A stretch of DNA of 64,000 nt, from NCBI GenBank assembly GCA_964608725.1, contig CAZSPB010000001.1, forward strand, positions 171,696 to 235,695, given 5' to 3'. A program made the position numbers and the translations under genes. The notes beneath the pieces are model-generated. The model was not told the DNA's origin. It did not search any database and saw only the letters and a program-made list of their open reading frames with translations. The stretch is from an uncultured archaeon. Its GTDB lineage: Archaea; Aenigmatarchaeota; Aenigmatarchaeia; Aenigmatarchaeales; Aenigmatarchaeaceae. Of this stretch, positions 18,811-26,724 are shown piece by piece (the first letter of the stretch is position 1; each line of letters begins with the position of its first letter).

Positions 18811-19263
18811 ATGAAGGGTCAAACAGCAATTGAATACTTGATGACTTATGGATGGGCTATATTAATAATTTTGATCGTTGCTGGAGTTTTAGCGTACTAT
18901 GGTATCTTTGCACCAGCGGGTTTCTTAACACCAACGGCAAGAGGATTTGGAACTGTACAAGTTCTATCACCATGGACAGTCTCTACTACAGGAGGTATAA
19001 CTCTTAGAGTTGAGAACAGGGTTGGTGAACAAATCAATATAACAAAAATTTATGCAACAAAAGGAGGCTCAAGTGGTTCTTGCACCCTTTCACCAGAAGT
19101 TACAATAGATACTGGTAGCAGTGGGATAGTTAGTTGTACTATTAGTGCAGCTAGTGGTAATGCTGGAGACACCTACACTATAACGTTATCAATTGAATAT
19201 GAATTAACAAGTACTCCAGGAACTTATTTCAATAGCACTGGAACAATAACAGGCACTTACTAA
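18811..19263 (+). CDS. Type IV pilin-like protein, candidate major pilin (class III signal peptide)
   Basis: MKGQTAIEYLMTYGWAILIILIVAGVLAYYG is a classic KGQ/TAIEYL class III signal. Thr/Gly/Ser-rich 120-aa globular part. Noticeably higher GC than its neighbours. Confidence 0.7.
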   Translation: MKGQTAIEYLMTYGWAILIILIVAGVLAYYGIFAPAGFLTPTARGFGTVQVLSPWTVSTTGGITLRVENRVGEQINITKIYATKGGSSGSCTLSPEVTIDTGSSGIVSCTISAASGNAGDTYTITLSIEYELTSTPGTYFNSTGTITGTY

Positions 19264-19264
19264 G

Positions 19265-19570
19265 TTATCTTTCATCTTTCTTATACTTTTTTCTATTTTT
19301 CTTTCTATTTCTTTTCTTTAAAGTTACTTTTTTCCATTTTTTCAAAGCAATTATCCAGCTTCTATAAAGATTTTCATATATAGACTTTTTCCAATTTTTC
19401 TCCTTATACTTCACTTCTTCTATCTCTTTTCCTTCATTATAACTTTCTTTAAAACGCTCTAAAGCATAAGGATCTCTAAAACTGTCAGCTTTTATATCAA
19501 TTTCTTCTAACTTACTTCCCTCTTTTCCAACAATTATTTTTGACTTAACGCTTACTTCATATTCTGTCAT
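19265..19570 (-). CDS. Small protein, paralog family member with lysine-rich C-terminal tail
   Basis: MTEYEVSVKSKIIVGKEG... shares the N-terminal x-Y-x-x-K-V pattern with the three downstream ORFs. C-terminal KKRNRKKNRKKYKK basic tail. Confidence 0.4.
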   Translation of the reverse strand: MTEYEVSVKSKIIVGKEGSKLEEIDIKADSFRDPYALERFKESYNEGKEIEEVKYKEKNWKKSIYENLYRSWIIALKKWKKVTLKKRNRKKNRKKYKKDER

Positions 19571-19758
19571 TCTAATAACCTATATACCCTTTCATTATTT
19601 CTATCAACACCCCAAACCAAATCTTTTGAAATTATTCTCAAACTTGTTAAATCATTAGAAGATGCCCTTCCATTCCCTTCTATAACAGCTGCATTCACTT
19701 TTCCTCTATAACTTACACCACACGAAAATATGTTAACTTTAGCATAATATTCTGTCAT
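19567..19758 (-). CDS. Small paralogous protein (63 aa), dodecin-like?
   Basis: MTEYYAKVNIFSCGVSYRGKVNAAVIEGNGRASSNDL... aligns with the 65-aa neighbour (VEGEGRVSSNDL). Adjacent genes overlap by 4 nt (ATGA), as in an operon. Confidence 0.45.
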   Translation of the reverse strand: MTEYYAKVNIFSCGVSYRGKVNAAVIEGNGRASSNDLTSLRIISKDLVWGVDRNNERVYRLLE

Positions 19759-19952
19759 TTTCTCCCTTTTGTTCTCATATGTAATTCAAATGCTATTTGA
19801 TTTGCATGATCAACAGACTCAACTAGACCTTCTGCTAACCCCCTTGCAATGTAAAGGTCATTTGAACTAACTCTACCTTCACCTTCTACGCTAGCATACT
19901 TTTCATTAGAAGTAACGGTGCTCTTATTATAAACTTTTCCATAATAGCTCAT
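19755..19952 (-). CDS. Small paralogous protein (65 aa), dodecin-like?
   Basis: MSYYGKVYNKSTVTSNEKYASVEGEGRVSSNDLYIARGLAEGLVESVDHANQIAFEL. The N-terminal GKVY.K....S.E and C-terminal ..FEL loosely resemble dodecin (GKVYKKVELVGTSEEG ... VGFRLE). Confidence 0.45.
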   Translation of the reverse strand: MSYYGKVYNKSTVTSNEKYASVEGEGRVSSNDLYIARGLAEGLVESVDHANQIAFELHMRTKGRK

Positions 19953-20167
19953 GGCATCACCGAACTTTTAACTTCTTTACCAGCTGCTTCAACCCATTTT
20001 CTGTTATTTCCAACAACTTTTAACTTTCTTTCAAAAGTTGTGTACTTTTCATTTCCATAGGCCCTTTTTTCAAATTCACTCTTTACATAATAAGGAGATC
20101 TTTTGTTCATTTTCTCACTCAGGAAGAAAGTAAGTTTCTCCATACTTTTCTTTAAACTTTTTATCAA
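19949..20167 (-). CDS. Small paralogous protein (track 72 aa; likely shorter, starting at the internal Met MNKRSPYYVKSEF)
   Basis: SPYYVKSEFEKRAYGNEKYTTFERKLKVVGN shares the YY.K...NEKY pattern with the 65-aa paralog. The track ORF overlaps the upstream gene by 53 nt, so the real start is probably internal. Confidence 0.35.
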   Translation of the reverse strand: MIKSLKKSMEKLTFFLSEKMNKRSPYYVKSEFEKRAYGNEKYTTFERKLKVVGNNRKWVEAAGKEVKSSVMP

Positions 20168-20339
20168 AATCTCTACGAAGTTCGTAGAGGTCGTTACCTT
20201 CTACTTCTTCTATTCCAAAAGCACTCATGGCACCTAACAATGATCTATCGTCATGAATTAGACCATGTCTGACATAACCTTCAGGGGTATCAGTCTCAAT
20301 AATAGTTTTACCTTCTTTTCTTCTTACTCTTACGGTCAT
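20115..20339 (-). CDS. Small hypothetical protein (74 aa), first gene of the small-ORF array
   Basis: MTVRVRRKEGKTIIETDTPEGYVRHGLIHDDRSLLGAMSAFGIEEVEGNDLYELRRDFDKKFKEKYGETYFLPE. Charged, and no family recognised. Confidence 0.35.
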   Translation of the reverse strand: MTVRVRRKEGKTIIETDTPEGYVRHGLIHDDRSLLGAMSAFGIEEVEGNDLYELRRDFDKKFKEKYGETYFLPE

Positions 20340-20350
20340 TTTTTCACCCC

Positions 20351-20776
20351 CTATACGCTTTTGAGAAAAGTTTTCATTTTTTCTAGAAATGTGAAACCAT
20401 TATTCAAATCTACACTCATGATTGGAATTTGAAAATTCTGTTTTTTCATTCCATTTTCAAACTCTTTTATTAATACACCCCTACCTGGAAGGATTCTATT
20501 CTTCTTTTTTATTTTATAAACTCCACAAAAAGAAGACGATTCTATACCAATTATTCCTAAAACTTTAAATCCATTTTCCAAATATTCTTTAACAATCTTC
20601 AAAACCTTTTCAGAAATTTCTTTATAATCTTGAAGTTTTGGACAGGGAAGTTGAATTATACTCACTTCTTCATTTAAAAACAATTCAAGAACTTTTCTTG
20701 CAATTCTGCAAGAATGTTCATTCGGTAAAAGAGTATGATTTAACAAACAATGAGGAACGAAAACAACTTTTTTCAT
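20351..20776 (-). CDS. DUF523/TudS-like conserved-cysteine protein (paralog 2)
   Basis: The track ORF runs to 20857, but the homologous start is the internal Met at 20776 (MKKVVFVPHCLLNHT...QLPCPKLQDYKE...IESSSFCGVYKI). Same three-Cys pattern and length as 7942..8445. Confidence 0.4.
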   Translation of the reverse strand: MKKVVFVPHCLLNHTLLPNEHSCRIARKVLELFLNEEVSIIQLPCPKLQDYKEISEKVLKIVKEYLENGFKVLGIIGIESSSFCGVYKIKKKNRILPGRGVLIKEFENGMKKQNFQIPIMSVDLNNGFTFLEKMKTFLKSV

Positions 20777-21064
20777 ACTTTTCTTTAAACAAAAGAAAAG
20801 GAAATAAACTTCTAACCACTCTGAAAAGGGAAAGATTTTTAAATATTTCTTTTTCAATTTTTGTCGAAGTTAAGTTTAAGAAGTAACGAATACATTTTTT
20901 TGTTATGACAGCAAGCACAGAAGATATAAAAGAAGATTTGAGAAAAAGCAAAATTCCTTTTGTTGAAATAGGAGGCCAAATTTTAGATCCTGAAATAGTT
21001 TATACTAGAAGAAAAGGGTATATAAATAAAAATAAAAAAATTGATTAGGTTTTGCTTTAAAATT

Positions 21065-21673
21065 TTAAGGGAATGGCCTTATTGTTCTGAGTATAGTTTC
21101 TATGTTTGTACTTTGAAGTACTGGTGCAAGCCCTGCAACAGAGAATAAAATTGCTCCATATATAGCAACTGCAAATACGTAAACAGTTATTATGAAGCTA
21201 ATGAAAGTTGTTATCATATCTGTGGCAAAAAACTCTTTTATTGATCTAAAGTAAATTGAAAAGCTTAGTGCTGCAGTTACTGCTATTAAAATGAATCCTA
21301 GAACAGCTGACAGTGCAGGGTGTATTAGAGAAAGGAATGCTGTAATTAAGGAACCTATTGAGAGAGGGAAAGAGCTGTAGGTTATTGTTGTTAATCCTCC
21401 ATAATACTTTCCTTTACCACCTAAAGTATTTGTTATTACTGTTATTAAATAACCACAAAATGCACTGCAAACTATTCCAAGGAATAAAATCAACAAAAAC
21501 ATTCCAACTGCTGTAAAAGTTGGTAGAACTTTTGTTGCAACTAACAATGCACTGATAGCAAAAAGAAACCATGTTACTATTAGTATTTCTAGCGTTTTTA
21601 TTATATCTTTTTCTCTTTTTCCATTCCTTATTGCAATTGACGGTGAAACTAACAATTCTTTTAATCTTCCCAC
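21065..21673 (-). CDS. Polytopic membrane protein (Yip1-like?)
   Basis: 202 aa with about 5 predicted TM helices. Confidence 0.35.
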   Translation of the reverse strand: MGRLKELLVSPSIAIRNGKREKDIIKTLEILIVTWFLFAISALLVATKVLPTFTAVGMFLLILFLGIVCSAFCGYLITVITNTLGGKGKYYGGLTTITYSSFPLSIGSLITAFLSLIHPALSAVLGFILIAVTAALSFSIYFRSIKEFFATDMITTFISFIITVYVFAVAIYGAILFSVAGLAPVLQSTNIETILRTIRPFP

Positions 21674-21722
21674 TAAATCACCTTAATAATTAATATGGAA
21701 TTCCTCTTATAAAGTTATTTAA

Positions 21723-21887
21723 TTAAGGAGTTAAGAAAAAGAATAGCATTATTTCAATTAAAACTAAAGCAACAGCGATACCTATAACATGTTGAGGTTT
21801 TAAAGTTATTAGACTTTTTCCTTCCTCCTCATAGCGCATTAAACCAGCTATTGTCATTGGTGCTCTCAACTTTCTTTTTTCAGCCAT
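21723..21887 (-). CDS. secG: Preprotein translocase subunit Sec61 beta (SecG)
   Basis: 54-aa ORF not in the supplied track: MAEKRKLRAPMTIAGLMRYEEEGKSLITLKPQHVIGIAVALVLIEIMLFFFLTP. Matches archaeal Sec61beta (..AGLMRFF.E....LKP..V......I..V..L). Confidence 0.7.
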   Translation of the reverse strand: MAEKRKLRAPMTIAGLMRYEEEGKSLITLKPQHVIGIAVALVLIEIMLFFFLTP

Positions 21888-22077
21888 ACTTATTCTTAAT
21901 TTTATTTCAAATTTAAAAGTTATGGTAAGAAAAAGTATGTTGGTCTCTATACTGAGACTTCATGACATACTGTTTTCAATCAGAATAAATTCCAAATTCT
22001 TATTTTCTTAAATTTTTGTACACTTGATTTTCATTTTATGCTTTTCAACAGTTTTATTCATGAAGAATTGAAATGTT

Positions 22078-22359
22078 GCGTGTGCTGGGCATAATCCACC
22101 TTCTGTAGCGGATCTTGTATAATACAATCATTTCCGCTTGACAGCATTCGTCTAAGCGGCCTACCCACCCCTCTTTCTTCATCAGGGTATATTTGGCCTT
22201 GCACCTTGCCGCAAAGCTTGATATAGGAACATTTCGCTCCTTCAAGCCGCTAGACCTCTCGGCCTAGTCCTTTTCAGGACGGCAAGTCGCAAAAGCGACT
22301 AAAGGTGGGTGGAATTTCCTCCTTGCTTTTGCAAGGGGAGCTGTCTGCCCAGCTCACAA
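22078..22359 (-). ncRNA. rnpB: RNase P RNA (archaeal type A-like)
   Basis: Minus-strand sense carries four elements:
- a CR-I-like GAGGAAATTCCACCCACC;
- CAAGGCCAAATA, CR-IV-like;
- TTAGACGAATGCTGTC, matching bacterial CTAGATGAATGACTGTC;
- a CR-V-like ACAGAAGGTGGATTAT, which forms P4 with the CR-I element by compensatory changes.
The 5' end GTGAGCTGGGCA pairs with the 3' end TGCCCAGCACAC to form P1. The track ORF 22054..22245 is spurious. Confidence 0.65.
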
Positions 22360-22390
22360 TTCTTTTTTGTTTCTAGAAGTATAAAAATTT

Positions 22391-22540
22391 TATTCAGACT
22401 TTTTCTTTTTAACTAATTTTGGTTTTCCTATATTTTTTTGTAAAGGAATTAGTTCTCTTTCAATTTCCTCTTCTCTAATTTCCGGGAATCTTTCTTTCAG
22501 CTTTTTAATTGCTTTTTTAATTCTAGATTCTTTTGACATA
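22391..22540 (-). CDS. Possible small lysine-rich protein (49 aa) between 23S 3' flank and RNase P RNA
   Basis: Untracked ORF MSKESRIKKAIKKLKERFPEIREEEIERELIPLQKNIGKPKLVKKKKSE. Could be chance in AT-rich spacer. Coordinates are within 2 nt. Confidence 0.2.
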
Positions 22541-22555
22541 TTTTTCAGATTTAAA

Positions 22556-22569
22556 AGACCAGCAGAGGC
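22556..22569. repeat. Inverted repeat arm (3' flank of 23S), partner at 26307..26320: processing stem
   Basis: GACCAGCAGAGGCA (22556..22569) is the exact reverse complement of TGCCTCTGCTGGTC (26307..26320). They flank the 23S like the bulge-helix-bulge processing stems of archaeal rRNA. Confidence 0.6.
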
Positions 22570-22861
22570 ATTTAAAGGGGTCTAGGCTAATGGGCTTTGG
22601 GAGCAGTGGGCTGAATGCATCGCCGAAGCTTTGCACTTACACCCCTGCCCCATCAAACTCGTCGTCTACGAGCGCCCGTTACCTATTTTTCCCGGCAGTT
22701 TCCAGCTTAGATGCTTTCAGCTGTTAACTGCTATGGCGTAGCTACCCGGCTGTGCCATCAGACAACCGGTAAACCAGAGGCCACGGGTGAGTGTTCCTTT
22801 CGTACTTACCCACCCTTCGGGTCAGGTAACAACACCCCCAGTAGATAGAGACCGAACTGTC

Positions 22862-23048
22862 TATATCGTCCAGTGCAGGGGAAGAGAAGGATAATTGGGT
22901 TCATAAGCTACTCCTTAGCGAATAAGTTTCGCTTTGGGGCGGTTAAATCATTACCCAATGTGCCGTATCCGGGTAGACATGATATCATCGCTAGCTTTTA
23001 GCTAATACTCCTTCATGCTATCTAAGATACGAAAATCCCCGCACCAGA
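22862..23048 (-). other. Small non-coding intron in 23S rRNA (E. coli position about 2601, between CGUCGUGA and GACAGUUCGG)
   Basis: A 187-nt AT-richer insertion splits the universally contiguous GAACGTCGTGA|GACAGTTCGG. Its boundaries can pair (GTGCAGGGGA / TCCCCGCAC) to make a BHB-like helix. No ORF. Confidence 0.5.
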
Positions 23049-23821
23049 TCACGACGTTCTAAACCCAGCTAACGTCCCCTTTTAACCAGTGAACACCTGT
23101 ACCCTTGGCCGCTACTGCACGGCCAGGAGAGGGGGAGCCGACAGCTAGGCAGCAATGCGCGGGGTCGATAGGAGCTCTCGCCCGCCACGACTCTATTATC
23201 CCCGGGGTAGCTTTTCTGAAGTCACCGACACCCATCAAGGGTAATCGGCGTATCGTTAGCCCACGCTTTCGCGGCTGGATTCCTTACTGTGCGGAATCCA
23301 GTCAGGCTGGCTTTTCCGCTTACAGTCTACCCCCGATTTCTGACCGGGGTGAGCCAACCTTTGGGCACCCTTGATCTCCTGTCAAGGGTGTACCGCCCCA
23401 GCCGAGCGGCCCACCAATCGGTGTCCCCCCGAGAAGAGGGTTAGCCGTACGGTTATGAAAGGGCAGTGTTACATTGGCGCCTATCCAAAGCCCGAAAGCT
23501 TTGGCTTAGCAGCTCCTGCCTACACTATGCAATCATAACCATACAGCAGCGACAGGCTGCCGCAGAGCTCCACGGGGTCTACTCTTCCCCCTGGGGGTCT
23601 GTGGCCTTTGCACCACAACAGCAGGTTCGCCGGGTTCCAGCCCGGGACAGCGAGGAAGTCGTTAAGCCCTTCATGCAGGTCGCCATTTAAGCGACAAGGG
23701 ATTACGCTACCTTAAGACGGTCAGAGTTACCGCCGCCGTTTACCGGGGCTTAGGCCCGTTGTAACGGGCTTTCACACACCGGCAGTGGGCAGGCCTCACT
23801 GGCTATACAAAGCGTTTCCGC

Positions 23822-24358
23822 TTAGCAGCCAGCTATGTTTTTTAACCAGAAAGAGGAGTTTTCAAATTTTACAGTTTTAATTTCGTTTTGGAATATTCTT
23901 ATTGAACTTCTCCGATAGATCTGCAAACCGAATATTTTTCCGAACTTGTATATATGCGAAACAATTCCTAAATTATTTAAAAATTTCTGAATTGCTTCTA
24001 GTAAAACTTTATCACTGTTGTAAATTACTAATCTATCAGTTACTGTCCCTTCAGCATCAAAAAATCCTGCAATAAATTTCTTTTTCTCTTCATTCGCCAG
24101 TCCATTGAAAAATCCTGTTACATCATTTGAAATTTTTTCAAACCAAACGAATAATTCTTTAGAGTACGTAAGTACTCTTATTTTGTTTCCAGGAACTTTG
24201 TAAATATAAAGTTTGAATTTCCCTTTTAATATTTCTGTAATTTTTTCTATAATCTTGTAGTTTCTTTTATGCTGATCTATCCATACTGCGTATGCTCCAT
24301 TTTTTCTTTTTTGTTTGCATCCATCACCAATTAGCATTCCAGCCAGATATGAATTCAT
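23822..24358 (-). CDS. LAGLIDADG homing endonuclease (double-motif, I-DmoI-like)
   Basis: MNSYLAGMLIGDGC (motif 1) and FIAGFFDAEGTV (motif 2). 178 aa. On the same strand as the rRNA. Its 3' end runs through the boundary repeat into the exon. Confidence 0.8.
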   Translation of the reverse strand: MNSYLAGMLIGDGCKQKRKNGAYAVWIDQHKRNYKIIEKITEILKGKFKLYIYKVPGNKIRVLTYSKELFVWFEKISNDVTGFFNGLANEEKKKFIAGFFDAEGTVTDRLVIYNSDKVLLEAIQKFLNNLGIVSHIYKFGKIFGLQIYRRSSIRIFQNEIKTVKFENSSFWLKNIAGC

Positions 24359-24402
24359 GTTTATTATTATCTACGTTATATTTAAACAATTCTCCTCTTT
24401 CT
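23846..24402 (-). mobile_element. 23S rRNA intron carrying a LAGLIDADG homing-endonuclease gene (inserted in the CTGTTTAATAAA|AACA region, E. coli about 1790)
   Basis: A roughly 560-nt AT-rich (about 25% GC) insertion inside GC-rich rRNA. It is bounded by a perfect 12-bp inverted repeat, CAGAAAGAGGAG (23846..23857) and CTCCTCTTTCTG (24391..24402), that can form the BHB splice helix. Confidence 0.7.
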
Positions 24403-26306
24403 GTTTATTAAACAGTCGCCTCCTCCTTGTCACTGCGACCTGCGGTCCCACCCCGTTTGCCTTGTTAAACAAGACTCACGGTTAGAGACCACAGGCATGG
24501 CTTCTCCCGAAGTTACGCCACCAATTTGCCGATTTCCCTGGGCTGGTGTATCCCGACACGCCATTGCCTTCTCAGCAAGGGTACCTGTATCGGTTCTCAG
24601 TACAGTCGCAGACAATCCTTCCTGGTTGTATTTTCATGGGCTCTGGGAATTTGCTGAACCCCGCTATACAGCAGGGCTATTCGCAGATTCGACCGGTTCT
24701 CTCCTTGACGGAACTTCCCGGTCTTCGCTGCTTAACTTACGTCAGCATATCCCAAAGCGTCTACAACCAGGCTTGCGTTACCGCACGTATGTCTGCGGTA
24801 CCTGAATATTAACAGGTTTCCCTTCCCCTGCGTCAGTTAAGAGCAGGGTTAGGACTGACTAACCCACGGCCAAAGAATGTTGCCGTGGAACCCTTGCCCT
24901 TCAGGCGGTCCGGATTCTCACCGGACTTTGCTGCTACTACCGGCAGGATCTTCGATTCTGCACGGTCCATACCTGCTCACGCAGATACTTCTACCCATGC
25001 AGAACGCCTTCCTACCCTATTGCTTTCGCAAGCTGGGGTCTCGGTTCCTGGCTTACTCCCGTCCATTTTCGGCGCACCAACCCTCGAGAGGTCCGCTTTT
25101 ACGCGTTGTTTAACGGATGGCTGCTTCTAAGCCTACCGTCCTCCTGTCTTAGGGTTGGCACAACCTTCCTGAATTAGCCAGGAATTTGGGACCTTAACCC
25201 CAGGCTGGGTTGTTCCCCTTTCGGACGCCGAGCTTACCCCGACGCCCCCACTCCCACCTTCTTCGGTGCTAACAGATTATGAGTTTGACAGGAAGACTGG
25301 GAATTTCTTCCCTTGGTCTTCCAATCAGTGCTTTACCCTGTTAGCTACCTCTGGTGAGGCTGTGCTGAGACACATTTCGGAAGGAACCAGCTATCACCGC
25401 TCTCGATTGGCTTTTCACCCCTAACCCCAGCTCACCCGAGTGATTTGCAGCTCAACACCGGTATCGGACCTCCACGCAGCTTTCGCTACGCTTCATCCTG
25501 GCTGGGGTTAGATCGAGCGGCTTCGGGTCTTGTCCCTGTGACTTCAGGCCCTTTCGGACCTAGTGCCAGGTAGCATAAGCTACTACGCACCTTCGCTTTC
25601 GCTACGGATGCTTGGCTTGAACCAATTATCCTCGCCACAGAGACAAACTCCCTGCCCCGTGTTCCAAAACGGACTCCATGACCCTGTAAGCCTTTACTCG
25701 TACTCCCTGTTCGCACAGGTTTCCTTCGTAAAGGCACCTTCCAGGCCATGGATGACTGTAGCCAAGTGGTTTCAAGATCTTTTCACCTTCTGTGAGGAAT
25801 ACTTTTCAGCTTTCTCTCACGATACTTGTTCGCTATCAGACTCTCAAGGTATTTAGGGTTGGGAGTTGATGCCTCCCATCTTCCTGCTCCATATCCAAGG
25901 AACAGTACTCTTTTCCTGAATCAGCCTTCTGGCCTTCCCCTACGCGGCTATCACGCTCTATGGCGTGCCTTTCCAGGCAACTTCGGGTCAGCCAGCTAGG
26001 CTGTACCAGGCTCCACATCTCAACTGCATTACTGCAGCGATTCGGTTTGCCCTTTTCCGTTTTCGCTCGCCGCTACTCACGGAATCGCGTTTGCTTTCTT
26101 TTCCTCCGCTTACTGAGATGCTTCACTTCAGCGGGTTCCCGTTCCTTTCGGAACGCTAGCCGAAGCTAGCACGATGTCGCATTCGATAATCCCAGGTTCA
26201 AGGGCTGCTTGCGCCTACCCTGGGCTTATCCCAGCTTGCTAGGATCTTCTTCGGCCTTGAGAGCTGAGCTATCCACCACTTGGCGTCTTGCCCAGACCCT
26301 AACTTT

Positions 26307-26320
26307 TGCCTCTGCTGGTC
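26307..26320. repeat. Inverted repeat arm (5' flank of 23S), partner at 22556..22569
   Basis: See partner. A perfect 14-bp complement. Confidence 0.6.
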
Positions 26321-26724
26321 TCATCGATCATAATGATCTAAAGTGACTCATGTGACCGTCTTTTTATCATCGAAATTTCTCAATAGGTGTTCACACTTTC
26401 ATAGTCACATCGACCCTTACACCGCAAAAAAATTTGCGATGCGCATCTTAATCGCCATCATTTACCCCTGGGATTTTCATCTTCTATCAATACGTCGTGA
26501 TCCAATCATTTGGCGAGAAAAAGCATCATCTAGTCGCCTAATCAGCATTTCCAATGATTAATTGCAAGCGAACATTTAATCACCGTTAGTAAATTTTTAT
26601 AGTTTCCAAGAGTATTTAAAGTTTATTGTTTTTCAAAAAGAATTTATTTCCCTTTTTATAAACAAGAGTTAACAGTATGTAAATGATGTTATACTTTTTT
26701 AAATCAGAAGAACTGACGAATGCT

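Larger units (their letters stand above)
22573..26300 (-). rRNA. 23S ribosomal RNA (contains two introns); no adjacent 16S or 5S
   Basis: GC-rich block. Minus-strand sense carries GAAGTGAAGCATCTCAGTAAG near the 5' end, GCTGAAAGCATCT near the 3' end, and GGGTTTAGAACGTCGTGA...GACAGTTCGG. Ends are within about 20 nt. Confidence 0.9.

Noticed and set aside
7942-20857. DUF523-like paralog pair as terminal inverted repeats of a mobile island
   Set aside because: Similarity is only at the diverged protein level. argS, a core gene, lies inside the bracketed region, and no integrase or att-like repeats are seen.
20907-21047. 47-aa +strand micro-ORF (MTASTEDIKEDLRKSKIPFVEIGGQILDPEIVYTRRKGYINKNKKID) in the intergenic region
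   Set aside because: Could be real, but it is short and lies in an A-rich spacer without recognisable motifs. Insufficient support to call.
22054-22245. 63-aa ORF
   Set aside because: Overlaps the RNase P RNA element on the same strand. The Cys/Arg-rich translation has no coding features.
22078-22359. Alternative call of this ncRNA as SRP (7S) RNA
   Set aside because: The sequence carries RNase P-specific CR-I/CR-V P4 pairing and CR-IV-like motifs. It lacks the SRP domain IV GNAR/AGCAG signature.
22573-26300. Extra length of the 23S as lineage-specific expansion segments
   Set aside because: Two discrete low-GC insertions are better explained as introns. Each splits an otherwise universally contiguous sequence and has pairable boundaries. 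The remainder is a normal archaeal 23S length.
22533-26561. Numerous track ORFs inside the GC-rich block (e.g. 22533..22727, 23105..23374, 23466..23690, 24430..24812, 24877..25130, 25486..26169, 26343..26561)
   Set aside because: They lie within or antisense to 23S rRNA or its leader. The Pro/Arg/Ser-rich translations are typical of rRNA read in protein frames.
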